DNA of 63,629 bases, filler included, from Olpidium bornovanus S191 (lineage: Eukaryota > Fungi > Olpidiomycota), in NCBI GenBank assembly GCA_017911155.1. It is 30 parts of 30 records of this genome, joined end to end, with 100 filler letters (N's around TTAATTAATTAA, not from the genome) between each part and the next. Parts side by side here need not be neighbours in the genome. Positions count along the whole stretch, not along the records: positions 20,987 to 23,284 come from JAEFCI010009450.1; positions 23,385 to 25,186 come from JAEFCI010007242.1; positions 25,287 to 26,441 come from JAEFCI010003814.1; positions 26,542 to 27,906 come from JAEFCI010003625.1; positions 28,007 to 30,331 come from JAEFCI010010148.1; positions 30,432 to 32,545 come from JAEFCI010011099.1; positions 32,646 to 35,500 come from JAEFCI010001601.1; 23 more parts are not named here. The stretch is one strand, 5' to 3'. The notes beneath the pieces were generated by a model. The model saw only the letters and a list, made by a program, of their open reading frames with translations. It searched no databases and was not told where the DNA came from. Shown in pieces: positions 22,869 through 34,622 of the stretch (positions are counted from its first letter, which is position 1; each line of letters opens with the position of its first letter). Made by a program: the position numbers and the translations under genes.

Positions 22869-22905
<37 letters not shown>
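22869..22905. repeat. (GA)n microsatellite in the divergent intergenic region
   Basis: Directly visible. Confidence 0.85.
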
Positions 22906-22910
<5 letters not shown>

Positions 22911-22967
22911 GGGAGTGGCGGCGGGGCCTTCCGCCCCCCTCCCCCCAAAAAGCCCCACGGGAGGGGG

Positions 22968-23000
<33 letters not shown>

Positions 23001-23066
23001 CCGCACGGGAGGAGGAGGCCCGGAGGAGGAGGAGGAGGAAACCCGACAAGCAGCCCAAGACCAACC

Positions 23067-23223
23067 ATGCCGCCGCTGTCCGCCGCCGCCGCACCCGCGC
23101 CGCCGCGCCTCGCCGCCCTCGCGTCTTTGGCCGCCGAAGCGGCCGCCTCGCGCTCTCGCGCCTCGCCCGCCCGCCCCCGTTGCTACTCGACGGCGCCTTC
23201 GAAGGACCGCGCCGCGCGCGCCG
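23067..23223 (+). CDS. First exon of a probable mitochondrially targeted protein (identity unknown)
   Basis: CCAACCATG context. MPPLSAAAAPAPPRLAALASLAAEAAASRSRASPARPRCYSTAPSKDRAARA is Arg/Ala/Ser-rich with an R-x-Y-S-T cleavage-like motif, followed by a G|GTCGGT donor. Confidence 0.45.
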
Positions 23224-23508
23224 GTCGGTTCCCAAAAAAAAAAAAAAAAAAAAAACAACCGGGGCAAAAAACGCCGCCGAAAGCNNNNNNNNNNNNNNNN
23301 NNNNNNNNNNNNNNNNNNNNNNNNNNNNTTAATTAATTAANNNNNNNNNNNNNNNNNNNNNNNNNNNNNNNNNNNNNNNNNNNNCATGCAGCACGGGATC
23401 GAGTGGGCTTCAAGGTGTTAGGTGTGTCCGCCAACTGCACGGCCCACAAAGAAAGCCCGGATTCTTGTTTGCGATATTTCAGATGAAGAAGTAGATCGCT
23501 GCGATCAC

Positions 23509-24520
23509 CTGAAGCAACGAGATCTGCCCTGCCCTCCCTTTCCAGCCTGCCCCGCCTTCCCCGATAAGCTGGTTTTGAGTGTCACCGCGAGTTAAAGCTC
23601 GATGCCACGAACAGAGACGTTGCCATTTAGTACCAATGCGCTTCTGCCGGGAAACCCTACCCTGTCAATAGGTACGTCTTCGCCAATCTCGGAGGCTACG
23701 ATCTTCTGCAACGTGCGCATGTCTGACCGCAGCGCCTGGCTGGTCGTTCGCTCTTCTTGCAGGCGGCGCATCAACTAATGCCGTTACAGAGAGTGAGAGC
23801 GCAAAGTTAGCCAGGTCTTTTGTGGCAGAGGTAGTTGCAGTCGCTTGCCAATCCACGGGCATGCAGGACGCTTAATTGCGTTTGGCGACAGTGCGTTGAT
23901 CACAATCGATTGCTTCGTTTCCCACCTGCGAAATTTTGTCCCGAAGAGTCCGAACCTCGCCTTTGTCGGCCGGGAGAGCCTTGGTGTTCCCTGGCGGCCT
24001 GGGGCTCACATTTCGCTTTTCGTCTTCAAGGTGCTGACAAATTCACGTTAGACCAAAACGTTTTGCCTCTCTTGAAACATCTCAGCGGCCTACTTAAAAA
24101 AAAAAAAAAAAAAAAAAACAAAAAAAGAAGACGAAATTGCATCAAGAAACATAATTGACGAGAAACCAACCTTGACTCTTGCCGAAAGCGTAGCGTTGAT
24201 GGACCTCTCCCGTTCAAGAGCGACGTTAATCCGGCGAGCCTTTTTTGCCAGCTCAATGATCTTCGTCTCGCGAAGGTGGTCGCCCGGGGCGGCTCCGATC
24301 TTGTGAGCCTCGGTTATTACGGCCTCGACCGCAGCCGGCGAGATGCTCTCGGTAAGCTCCTGCCTCAGGATCTTGACCTCGGAGGTTCTCCGGTTGAGAG
24401 CGACGAGAAGGTGGCGGTTTTGCTCCTGCAGCTCGCGTAGTTGGGAGAAGGTGTCCCAGTTTGTGCCGGTGAAAGTCGCCGTGGGGGGCGTGGCATCAAT
24501 ACCGGCGTCTGGCGGCGGAT
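23509..24520 (-). CDS. CCDC13: CCDC13 centriolar-satellite coiled-coil protein, multi-exon, partial
   Basis: ETKIIELAKKARRINVALERE, MRTLQKIVASEIGEDVPIDR and GWKGRAGQISLLQ match CCDC13 motifs as I recall them (KIVELSKKNR, QKVLAREVGED, WRGRAQQILVLQ). Confidence 0.82.
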
Positions 24521-25286
24521 CTAAATCGGCGCGGAATTATCGTCCCGGCTGGTTTCAGAGGGAGATAGTCCATTTTCCGCGCGCGTGTCGACGAAATTTC
24601 TCACTCCAGGTTTTCGAATGATTTACACTGACCCTCGGCGGCAAGCCTTTTTCCCGGTTTTACGAAAAAAACCGGGTAAAGCAACCAAAAAAAAAAAAAA
24701 AAAAAAGAATTAAAAAAACGAAGAACACCCTGGTCAGCGGTGGGGACTCGCTTCGTCTTCGAGGCGCGCGACTGGTTGGCAACAAAACTCACCTCCGCCG
24801 GCTCCCCGACGCGGAAGTCCCCGCGATATGCGAGCGCATTTCGGTGTGGCTGTCGGATCGCTGCGTGAGCCGGTTTGCGAATTTTTGTCAGGTTCCAAAA
24901 ATAGAGCGCGCGAAAAGCCGGAATTGAGCGTGCGACAAGCAACGGGGGAAGGAATAGGGTAGGAAGGTTGATAACAGGTTTACCTTGGACGGCGACGCGT
25001 CTCCGTCGATCCGCTGCGAGCTTCTGTGTCCCGGCTTTCGCAACGACAGTGCGCATGGTGCAAGTCAGCAGAAGCAGCCCGTTGGGCGGACAGGCGGCTG
25101 GCCGATCAAACGACTTCGCCAGGAGTTTTTCTATCTTTCTTTTTTTTTTTTTTTTTTTTTTTTTTTTGGGGGGGGGTTGTATTTGCNNNNNNNNNNNNNN
25201 NNNNNNNNNNNNNNNNNNNNNNNNNNNNNNTTAATTAATTAANNNNNNNNNNNNNNNNNNNNNNNNNNNNNNNNNNNNNNNNNNNN

Positions 25287-25840
25287 CCCTGGTGTACTTC
25301 GACCCGGCGAAGGTAACGACGCTCTATACCGACGCGTCCGCCTTCGCCATTGGCGGTTGGATAGGCCAACGGGATCCGACCGACCACGAGACCCTCGACA
25401 GGCCGGTCCTTTATTGGAGCCGGAAGTGCAAGCCCGCCGAGACACGGTACGGCACCCACGAGCGTGAACTCCTTGCACTCCTCGAGCTCCTTCGGATTGG
25501 CCGACCCTACGTCGAAGGGCGCCCGTTCACCGCCAAGACCGACCATCAAGCTCTGAAATGGCTCCAGACCCAGCCGCAGCTCTCCAGGCGGCAGGCCGCC
25601 TGGATCGAGCGTCTTCACAGCTTTGACATGACCATTGAGTACTTGCCGGGGCGACAAAACCGGCTCGCCGACATCCTGTCTCGTCGACCGGACTACGCCC
25701 CCAACTGCCCGAAGTGCGACGCGCGATTAGTGGCGGCCACAGCCGTTTCGACCGGCCGCCCTGCTTTGCTCAACCGTGTCGCCGCCGCCTCGGCCACCAA
25801 CACCTGCGCCGCACTTACGACCATGCGCGGTGTGGTGTGA
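25287..25840 (+). mobile_element. Ty3/Gypsy LTR retrotransposon pol fragment (RNase H)
   Basis: LYTDASAFAIGGWIGQ...PVLYWSRKCKPAETRYGTHERELLAL...FTAKTDHQALKWLQTQPQLSRRQAAWIERLHSFDMTIEYLPGRQNRLADILSRRPDY. Confidence 0.96.
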
Positions 25841-25847
25841 ACTTTGT

Positions 25848-26060
25848 TCACTTCGATTTCAATTTTTTCCTTATTACTTCGATTTATTCCGTTCCGATTT
25901 CGACTTTATTTTGTTCCGATTTCGACTTTGTTTTGTTTCGATTTCGATTGTACTTTATTCGATTCGATTTTATTCTATTCCAGTTCGATTCTGTAGCCTT
26001 CGATTTGAGTCTGTCCGTTTCGAGTTGCCTTTTTATTGCTTCTCGATTTCGATTTACGCG
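25848..26060. repeat. Degenerate pentamer-based (TTCGA/TTTAT/TTCCG) low-complexity satellite
   Basis: Repeated TTTCGA, TTCGAT and TTTATT words; related words in the opposite orientation near 26125-26160. Confidence 0.7.
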
Positions 26061-28006
26061 TGGCGATAGTTTACGCGTTTGACGGCTGTACACAGATAGA
26101 TTTTCTTTCCCCCCGAGCTCAAACGCACCAAACGAACGAAACCGAACGTAGAATCGAACGCAATAAAAGCAATTAACTCACGATCTTCCCAAAGGAAACT
26201 TGGGCCATCGAGTGCTCGTTTTCTGCACCTCATCTGGTGGCCTCTGCGAGAACGCAAGAGTGGTTACGACGAGAAGTCTGGAGAAAGCGGAGTGTTTGAC
26301 GCCGGAGAGCACTATCGACAGTGCTGGCATCGGGACACTAGCTTAACGACGACTCATAACCTCGACGCGTAACGGTCGAAGCGGAAACGATGGGCGCAAG
26401 GGCAGAAATAACCCCGCCACCGACATGGATGCTTGAAGGACNNNNNNNNNNNNNNNNNNNNNNNNNNNNNNNNNNNNNNNNNNNNTTAATTAATTAANNN
26501 NNNNNNNNNNNNNNNNNNNNNNNNNNNNNNNNNNNNNNNNNCCCGAATAACCAGGGACTCAATTCTTCGGGCCAGAACCGCCCCTGCACGGATCACGATG
26601 ACCTCTACCAGATTTGCAACCTGTCCAACGGGGACGTTTGTTAGAAAACTGTTACCGGCATGATTGTATGCGTCTGTTGCAGAACGAGAATTCGCCAAGC
26701 GACGCTTACTCTGGCTCTCCATCCCCTAATGGTCGAGAACCGCGGACCGGCACAAAGGGCATATATGCGGCTGCGGCCGTACGGGATGTGGTGACCGCCT
26801 TTGAATAAAAACCCTCCTCCGCAGGAAAACTTTGCTGTGGTCCTACAACCCCGTTCGCTAATCCCTTTGTTTTCCTTATAACCGAAGCTTTTTTTCAAAT
26901 GACCCCGATAACCCCTATCCCACGTCCATTGCCACCTGCTGAAATTACTGGCCTAAGTGGAACATCGCCATCAACGAAGAAAGTGTCTTCCCTAAACGCC
27001 GCGGCGTTCTTGCGGACTTTGTCAACTGTTAACATAAAAGTCGTTGGCCAGTGTCAGCAAGATGGATGCTACTGGCACGATTCCCCTTATAAGGCACAGC
27101 CCCTCCCACAGGGCTTCTGTAAATGCCCAGAAATTGACTTTGAATCAACGTATAGCCCAGTCATGGGTGCCACATTCATCTCCTCGTGGGCAAGGCTGTC
27201 CAGCGTTGCTCGCGATGCGGCTCATGGATGTCGTCGCAACTTCTTATATGGACCACGTGACCTTCTGATTCACATAATGACTTTTCCCGTCCTTGCCGCG
27301 GGGCATCTGGCTCTGATCTCTGGATAAGCACATCTGAGATGCCTGCTGTAGCAAGTTAAGTGCATAATCTGTGGAAGGACGACTTTTGACGGGAGCTTGC
27401 TGGTTGTTTTGATTTTCGTTTTCCTTTGCCGGGAAAACGGTAAAGAGAAGAAGGCCGAAAGCGAGGAAAAAGGATATGCCCTCCAAATTTGTACAGTGGT
27501 TCTGCTACTCTCACACCCCCGCTCAATCGAACACGGGAGATTGGACAATATCAGGAGAAGTGTAGAATACACGAGCGCGAGAAGAGAGAGGAGAAGAAAG
27601 AAAGAAATATGGGGATAATGGACTGATGAGGAGAAACAGGTGAAAGGAAAAGTGGTAAACAAAACAGAAGAAATGAAAAAAAACAGACGTCGTGTGCGAA
27701 TCGGTGTGATTCATTCCGTCGTCCCTGTCATGCCGACATCCTTTTCGCACGCTGTGAAGCGGGGCGACGGTAGAGCCTTTGTAAACATGTCGGCCGTGTT
27801 CTTCGCTGTCGGGGCGCGGCGTGGTTTCAGCTCGCCGTCTGCTGCTGCGTTCCAGTGATGCCGAATAGCTACGTGACGGGTCCTGGGGTTGATTATTTCA
27901 CGGCTANNNNNNNNNNNNNNNNNNNNNNNNNNNNNNNNNNNNNNNNNNNNTTAATTAATTAANNNNNNNNNNNNNNNNNNNNNNNNNNNNNNNNNNNNNN
28001 NNNNNN

Positions 28007-30272
28007 CATGTTCTTTATCTGAAGGTCCAGGTGGAGGACGTTATGGACTTCGTGGACGCGCTTTCATACCTTCGGTCGCTGGGCTCCGCAGAAGTGAGGA
28101 GTGCGCTCAACCACTTATCGTGCGGTGACCGTGGGCCGTTTGCTGCTTCGCGGGGCCCAACCAGCGAATTTCCGGCCAGTGCCTGAATTTGGTGTGTATC
28201 TCGAACCGCTGCAGGCATCAGTCGGCGTCCAACGTTACGGTCGGCAGCTGCTGACACACGCGCCCGAGGAGACGGTAGACCTGTTGGTCGATCTCTGCAC
28301 CGGCGTCGATCTCAGTGCCGGGAGCTCGGAGGGGCTAGGTGATAAGAGAGGACGATCTCCGGGCAGCCCCGGACCATTGGCTCTGCGGCCGCTGGTCCCG
28401 CTTTTTATTGACCTCCAGCCGTGGTTGGAGATCTTTCTGGAGCGTCTCGCTAAGAAGCGATGGGGCAAGTCTCCCGGTTTCCCACCTCCGGCTTCAGCTG
28501 ACTCGGGGACCACGTTGGGCGCGAGCTTTACTGTTCCAAGAGCCGGTGAAATCACGGAGGAGGAGGAGCGGAAGGAGCTGCAGGAGCGACAGTTTGCCTG
28601 GATGACACTTCTGGAACTATACCTTTCTCCCGAATCCGTGGATGAGAAGAGCGATCGGAAGGAGGACGGGTCAAGATTGCCACGGCGCGATGACCCTGCG
28701 AGTCGTAGGCGGAAGGCGCTCTGGATCCTGCAAGACGATAGCGTAAGTGACCGCCGAAGTGGCCGTACCGCTCGTTCACTCGTCACGATCGTAAGTATCA
28801 GCCTGCCAACGCGTCCGCCGGCCCTGTCGTCTCCCGAACTGCTTTGCTGGGCCTTCACCGCCAAACAGACGCCGATAGATCCTTCCCAAGCTCTGCTGCT
28901 TTGCCACCTGGCGAGGTTTGAGGACGGGTTGATGTATATTCACGAAAAGACCGAAATGCACGCCGACGTCGTCCGCGGATGGATGGACCGAGGGGACAGC
29001 GCGAAGGTGGTAGAAGCAGTCGAGAAGTTCGGGTACGCGAAAGCACCCGCAGAATTCGGTGCGCCGGCATCTCGTGAATCCCCCGCGACGCGTTTCTTCT
29101 CACACCAGCGCCCGGTCTCTCCGGGCCGGCTGACCGTGGCTGCAACGCCGGGGCAGCCCGACGGACCCGTCTCTATACACCTTAGCGCTGGCGTTCTTCA
29201 ACACGGCGCTCTCGGCGCAGTCGTTTGGCGCCGAAGGGGAACAGCAGCGGCTCTTGCACCGGGTGCTCGACGATATCGAAGCGCGGGGCATTTTGCCGCC
29301 GCTCCAGGTGATCCAGGCGCTGGCAGGGACAGCGGGCGGCGCGTCAGCGACGATCGGAGGCGTGAAGGATTTCATTTCCCGGAGAATGGAAAGGGAAAAG
29401 GAGGCAATCAAGGAGGTGGGGAGCGCGCACACTTTTTTTTTTTTTTTTTTTGTTTGTTTGTTTGTTTGTTTTGGGAAACAGACAGGTTCCTAGAAGATCC
29501 CGATGATCTCCGCATCTGATCCGTTTTGTTTCGCTTCGCCAGGACCGTCAACTAATCAAAAGTTACCGGGAAGAGACGGAAAAGAAGCAGCGGGAAATTG
29601 AGGAGCTGAAAAGCAGGTAAAGAAAAACAAACATAAAAAAAAAGAAAACCAACACACACGCACGCACACACACACACACACGCACAGGTCGTACACTCGA
29701 TGCGTTTTTTTTCCCTCGGGAACCTGATTGCGGATCACGTCGTCCGAGTCGACCGGAAAATTGTTTAACCGCCGTTTTGCTTTCTCTCGTCGCCTCCCCC
29801 CCATCCCCACGCGACCCGGTATCGATCGCGTTTTTGATGCGTTTTTCTCCCGAAACAAAAAAGCGCGAGGGTCTTCCAGGTGACGAAGTGCACAACCTGC
29901 AACCGCCCGCTGGACCTCCCCTCCGTGCACTTCCTCTGCCGCCATTCTTTCCATCAACGGTGGGTCGAAAAAAGAAAAAAAATCCGGGGCAAAACCCCCC
30001 TTCCCTCTTCTTCGCCCTTTCCATCCCCCACACAGATTTTTTTTTTTCTTTTTGGATTGTAGGATCAAACCCGGGGCCGCGGCCGAGGTTTGTGGATTAG
30101 CCGGAAAATATCTGACAGCGAGAATGCGGGGTGGTGGGGGAACCTGCGCAGATGCCTGCCTCTGGAGTCTGAGCGCGAGTGTCCGCGCTGCGCGTCTGAG
30201 AACCGGCTCGTCATGGAGTTGAAGAGGTCGCAGGAGGACAGCGCCGGGAGGCACGACCTGTTCATCTCTCAG
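28007..30272 (+). CDS. VPS11: Vps11/Pep5 HOPS-CORVET subunit, C-terminal half, multi-exon, truncated at both ends
   Basis: [68 protein letters not shown], the [33 protein letters not shown]...ECPRC and HDLFISQ. Confidence 0.96.
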
Positions 30273-30432
30273 GTGTGTTTCTTTTTGGTTCGAAACATCG
30301 TGCGTGTTTCGGTAACGCCCGTCTTTTGACGNNNNNNNNNNNNNNNNNNNNNNNNNNNNNNNNNNNNNNNNNNNNTTAATTAATTAANNNNNNNNNNNNN
30401 NNNNNNNNNNNNNNNNNNNNNNNNNNNNNNNC

Positions 30433-31473
30433 ATGGAGCTGGCGCGTGAGCGCGACCTCGAGCAGGCGGCCCTGCTCGAGGCCAGGGCGGCGGCCGTCGC
30501 GACGCAGGAGAAGTGGTCGTCCACGATCGAGGAGTGCAAGACGCTCCGCCGGGTGATCTCCGGCCTCACTGCACCGAGGCGCATCGGGTTCGACGGCCGC
30601 CTAGTGCGGGCGGCCGCCGGAAACGCGGTGGACGACGTCGAGAGCAGCGTCGCCAAGGCCCTTGAGTCGCTCGCGACACGCCACGCCGAGGCGCGCGCGG
30701 AGACCGAGAAGCTCCGCAGCGCGCTCGGCGAGAAGGATAGGCAGCTGGAGAAATTCGGCCGGATGCTGCTGAGGGAGCGCCGGCTGTGCGTGCAGCTGAG
30801 GGTGCGGCTCGGTGACGAGAGCAGGGACATCTCCAGCGACGAGGACGACGGCGCGCAGTCGTACGACGAGCAGCAGCAGCCGCAGCCGCAGCCGCACCCG
30901 CCGCAGCAGAAGCAGCGCGCCGCCGTCGGGTTCGCCACCGTGATCTCCCCGCCCGCCGCACCGTCGACAAGGAGGTCGCTGCCGTCCGTGCCGGGAAAAG
31001 TTGGCGCGTCGCACCCCCCGCCGAATTCCGCGAGGAAGGCGTCGCTCCCGGTGGCGGCGGCGGCGACGCGCCCACCTTCGCGCGCGCTGGACGTCTCACA
31101 CGGTTTCCCGCTTAACAGCATTTTCGAACCCGCCCGGTTGGCGGCGGCCAACGAGGCCGCCTCGCGGCCGGAAGACATCTCGAGGCGGGGATCGGCGTCG
31201 GAAGCCGACTGCAGCGGCGGCGGCGGCGGCGACGAAGACGAGGCCGAATGGGAGGCTCTGATGGAGAACCTGGAACAGCAGGACGACGGGGCCAAGGACA
31301 ACCTCGGTGTCCTCGACGACCGCAGCCTCTCCGCCGGCGACCTGCCGGCCGAACTGCAGAGCGAGGCCGAGTGGGAGGCGATGCTCTCCAGGTTCGAGCA
31401 GGAGGAAAAGCGGCGCACGCCCGCCATCCGGCACAGGATATACACCGCCAAGTTCGCTGACGCGGCGTACTAG
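30433..31473 (+). CDS. C-terminal part of an unknown coiled-coil protein with a duplicated EAEWEA motif
   Basis: 346-aa ORF open from the contig edge, strong GC3 bias, coiled coil followed by a disordered linker; the stop is followed by a T-rich 3' region. Confidence 0.75.
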   Translation: MELARERDLEQAALLEARAAAVATQEKWSSTIEECKTLRRVISGLTAPRRIGFDGRLVRAAAGNAVDDVESSVAKALESLATRHAEARAETEKLRSALGEKDRQLEKFGRMLLRERRLCVQLRVRLGDESRDISSDEDDGAQSYDEQQQPQPQPHPPQQKQRAAVGFATVISPPAAPSTRRSLPSVPGKVGASHPPPNSARKASLPVAAAATRPPSRALDVSHGFPLNSIFEPARLAAANEAASRPEDISRRGSASEADCSGGGGGDEDEAEWEALMENLEQQDDGAKDNLGVLDDRSLSAGDLPAELQSEAEWEAMLSRFEQEEKRRTPAIRHRIYTAKFADAAY

Positions 31474-33260
31474 AAGCAGAATGAAGACGCAAAATTTCTA
31501 ATTTTTTGTTTTATTTATTTTTATTTTATTTATTTTTAATTTTTTTTATTTAGTTATTTATTTGGTCAGTCACCCCCACCCCACCCCATCGATCTTCGCA
31601 TAAAAAGATAACGCCGGGTTCCCCGATGGTCAGAAAAAAAAAAAGGAAAAAAAGAAGCAGCATTAATGCCAACACCACGCCTTTCCTCCCCATACTTTCC
31701 CGCCTTATTTCTCGTCATTGCCGTTCACGTAGATGTTATCCTCGTTTACAGGCCCGGATGAAAAATTTAGTCATGGAATTCCAGAAACGCATTTGGCCGA
31801 ACAGTTCAAAATGACCAGCGGATCAAGCCTTTCTTATCTTCTCGTCATTCAGAGTGACGATCAACCGGGGATGGAGCACTGATCCTCGATCAAATCCATA
31901 GCGGGAGGCTAGGCCCACACCCTTTTTGCATCGTACGGGCCACTTCTCTCGAGTTAAACACCCCCTGGTGGTACCTTCCGACGTTTCAGTTCCTACGCTG
32001 AAAACTCGCAGGATGACTCTGTTTTCGAGTATCCCGTGCGACCCGCTTGTTGAGTTTCGAGTGTACCGTCGACGGCCTTAATCGAGAAGAAAAGCAGCTT
32101 TTGGTCCGAAACACTAAGATTCTCCCTTAATCTCGGCGGGTCGAAAAACAGCGCGTTTTTGGCTCGGCAAAACCATTCAGAGATAAAAGCTGGGTGCGCA
32201 CAACAAACTCCTCGGGCAGGTTTGCAACGAATGACGCCGAGCCGGCGGGCAACTCCGCTCGGGGAGGAGGGATGCGACGGCGGAGAGCCTGCAACAAGTG
32301 GGACCCCCGAGGATTGGGCCGGACCAGCGCGCCACCGCGATAAGGATCACGGTTATGGCTTGCCACGACGACCCGTCCGGGCATTTCGCTCGGTTCCTCG
32401 TTCCTGGCCTGCCTCCACGGCCGAAGCCAAGAAACGACACCGGGGGGGGGGGGGGGGGGGGGGGGCAAACCGGCCTGGGGGAATTTTTAAAAAGAGACGG
32501 GTGGTTCGCGGAACGCCGCGGGGGGGGGGGGGGGGGGGGGGGGGGNNNNNNNNNNNNNNNNNNNNNNNNNNNNNNNNNNNNNNNNNNNNTTAATTAATTA
32601 ANNNNNNNNNNNNNNNNNNNNNNNNNNNNNNNNNNNNNNNNNNNNGCAAAACATATTACGGTCGCTCCTAAAAATGCGGACGGTCAAACAGCTCGAGGAC
32701 GACCGCGCTCCACACTTCAGCGGATGTCTGTACTCAATTCTCGAGTTTGTTTTTTTTTTTCACATGTGCACCATGCGTTTACGCTCCATGTGTGCATCCA
32801 TGCCTTCATGGCAGTTGAAAGTAATCCGCTTCCTACGGCACAGTCCGCGCGGCTCGCGTAAAATGGGCCTAAATTTTCGCAACTCTATATCCGTAGAACC
32901 TACGGTATTTTCGATATCCCTATCTTGAATCTGACACACACAGCCCTCTCGAGTCTGTATCCAGACTTATGCGAGGCGTAATACAGAAAGGTTTGTGTGA
33001 CAAAATGGCAATTGCGACCACATTGCAATCGGCCAAAACGCCCACCAACCGATTACACTCCCAATGAATCACGTAAATCGGAGCCTGAACGATCTTTGGC
33101 AAACTCCCCCCTACCTCAACATAATTTACCTCTTAAAGGGACTCCTGTTTTTCAGATGGGGAAAAGTCAGTGCTCCGAAATCGGTTCGCCTTTTTTTTCG
33201 TTCTGTAATATAGCGTAGTCTAAAAAGCAATCACCACGTCGACTAGTTCTCATTACAATG

Positions 33261-33350
33261 TTTTGTCGTGTTTTGTCTCGTTTCATCCCGTTTTGTTTCG
33301 TTTGGTCGGGCTTTATTGCGTTTTGTCGCGCTTTGTCGCGTTTGGCTCAT
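33261..33350. repeat. Nine phased 10-bp units, consensus TTTTGTCGCG
   Basis: ttttgtcgtg/ttttgtctcg/tttcatcccg/ttttgtttcg/tttggtcggg/ctttattgcg/ttttgtcgcg/ctttgtcgcg/tttggctcat. Confidence 0.75.
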
Positions 33351-34489
33351 CTCCTATGAATAAATTTAGACAAGAACAGGGTTAATTTCTGAAAGATCTT
33401 GGAGAGATGAAAGGTGGTATGCTCGCTGTTTGGCTTCACCAAGCAGCCTGGGAATCTAAAATTCTAAAAGTTAACACTATTGCAAAAGTTTCGCCTAGTG
33501 GGACAATCTTGGCTGCCCGAGTCACTAACTTACCTTTGACATTTCTACTGAACGTACCAGCAGCGGAAATTACGTGACAATCACGCAGGGCCACCATCGG
33601 TGAGGTATAAACGAGAATGCTTGAAATCGCCCCCTTCACGTTTGGAAGTCGTCGGCAGGCTGCGCTTGTCCTTTGCGGCGGTTGTAAACAAGCGGCTTCG
33701 CGGATCCCCGTCGTTCTGCGTTGCGGGCCAGGCCCCGGCTGCCGTGCTTGGTCGCGCGGAACAGGGTGCGAACCGCGAAAACCAGTTTCTTCAAGCGCGC
33801 GCAGCATAAACCCGAGAACGGCAAAGTCCCGGAGGGCGACTTGGTTGGAGGGAAGCTGCGGGCTGGTTGCAGCTCTGCGAAACAACCAGACATTTTTGGT
33901 TCGATTCGAAAAGTCTTCCCGCCTCCGCGCAGACGTCATCCTTGACCACGCGCGCGGTTTCCGGGAGACGCGTGTTCCCGCCGAAAACTGGTATGCCCGG
34001 TATAGCAGCGGGGTCAAAATTGGAAGCGGGCCCGCGCGCCGCGAGCCAAAATGAGGCCGCTGGTCACGCGGCGTTAACGGCGTCCGGCATTCTTAGTCTT
34101 CTTTTTTGGCCCGCGAAGCCGGGCGGGGTTCCCCCGGGTGGAGACGTCCGCCGCCTTTTAGACCCCTTCCGGGGGGCGCAGGTGGACGCCACGCCCACCA
34201 GCGGCGCGTTTGTTTTCATTTTTCTTTAATCCCGCGGCAGGCGGCGTGGTAGCCTCGACAACACCGATATTTGGCGACAACCAGTCCGCGCGGTTTGACG
34301 ACGAAAACCGGCAAACGGAAGGTCACGCGGCAGCCTCCCCCAGCGGCCCGCCCCGGCTAAAAAAAAGAAAAGAAAAAGAGGGTGAATCTAAGTTTTGAGT
34401 GAGTCGGTTTCTGCGCCGCGGTTTGCTTCCCGGCCGCCTGTTCCCTGAAACGGCCAAGTAAAAAAAACAATTGCAGCGTCAGATAACCT

Positions 34490-34622
34490 GCGCGCGTTTT
34501 ATTAGCAGCGCGCGTTTGCGCGGAAATTACGTGGCAGCGCGCGTTGGCGCGGAAAATACGTTTGCGCGGAAATTACGTGGCAGCACGCGTTTGCGCGGAA
34601 ATTACGTGGCAGCGCCGCGTTT
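34490..34622. repeat. Tandem 29-bp repeat GCAGCGCGCGTTTGCGCGGAAATTACGTG, about 4 copies
   Basis: Units begin at 34505, 34534, 34561 (partial) and 34580. An isolated GCAGCGGAAATTACGTG copy lies at 33560-33576. Confidence 0.85.

Noticed and set aside
26542-27906. ORFs 26899-27327 and neighbours as genes
   Set aside because: No motif or consistent exon chain could be established on either strand; left uncalled.
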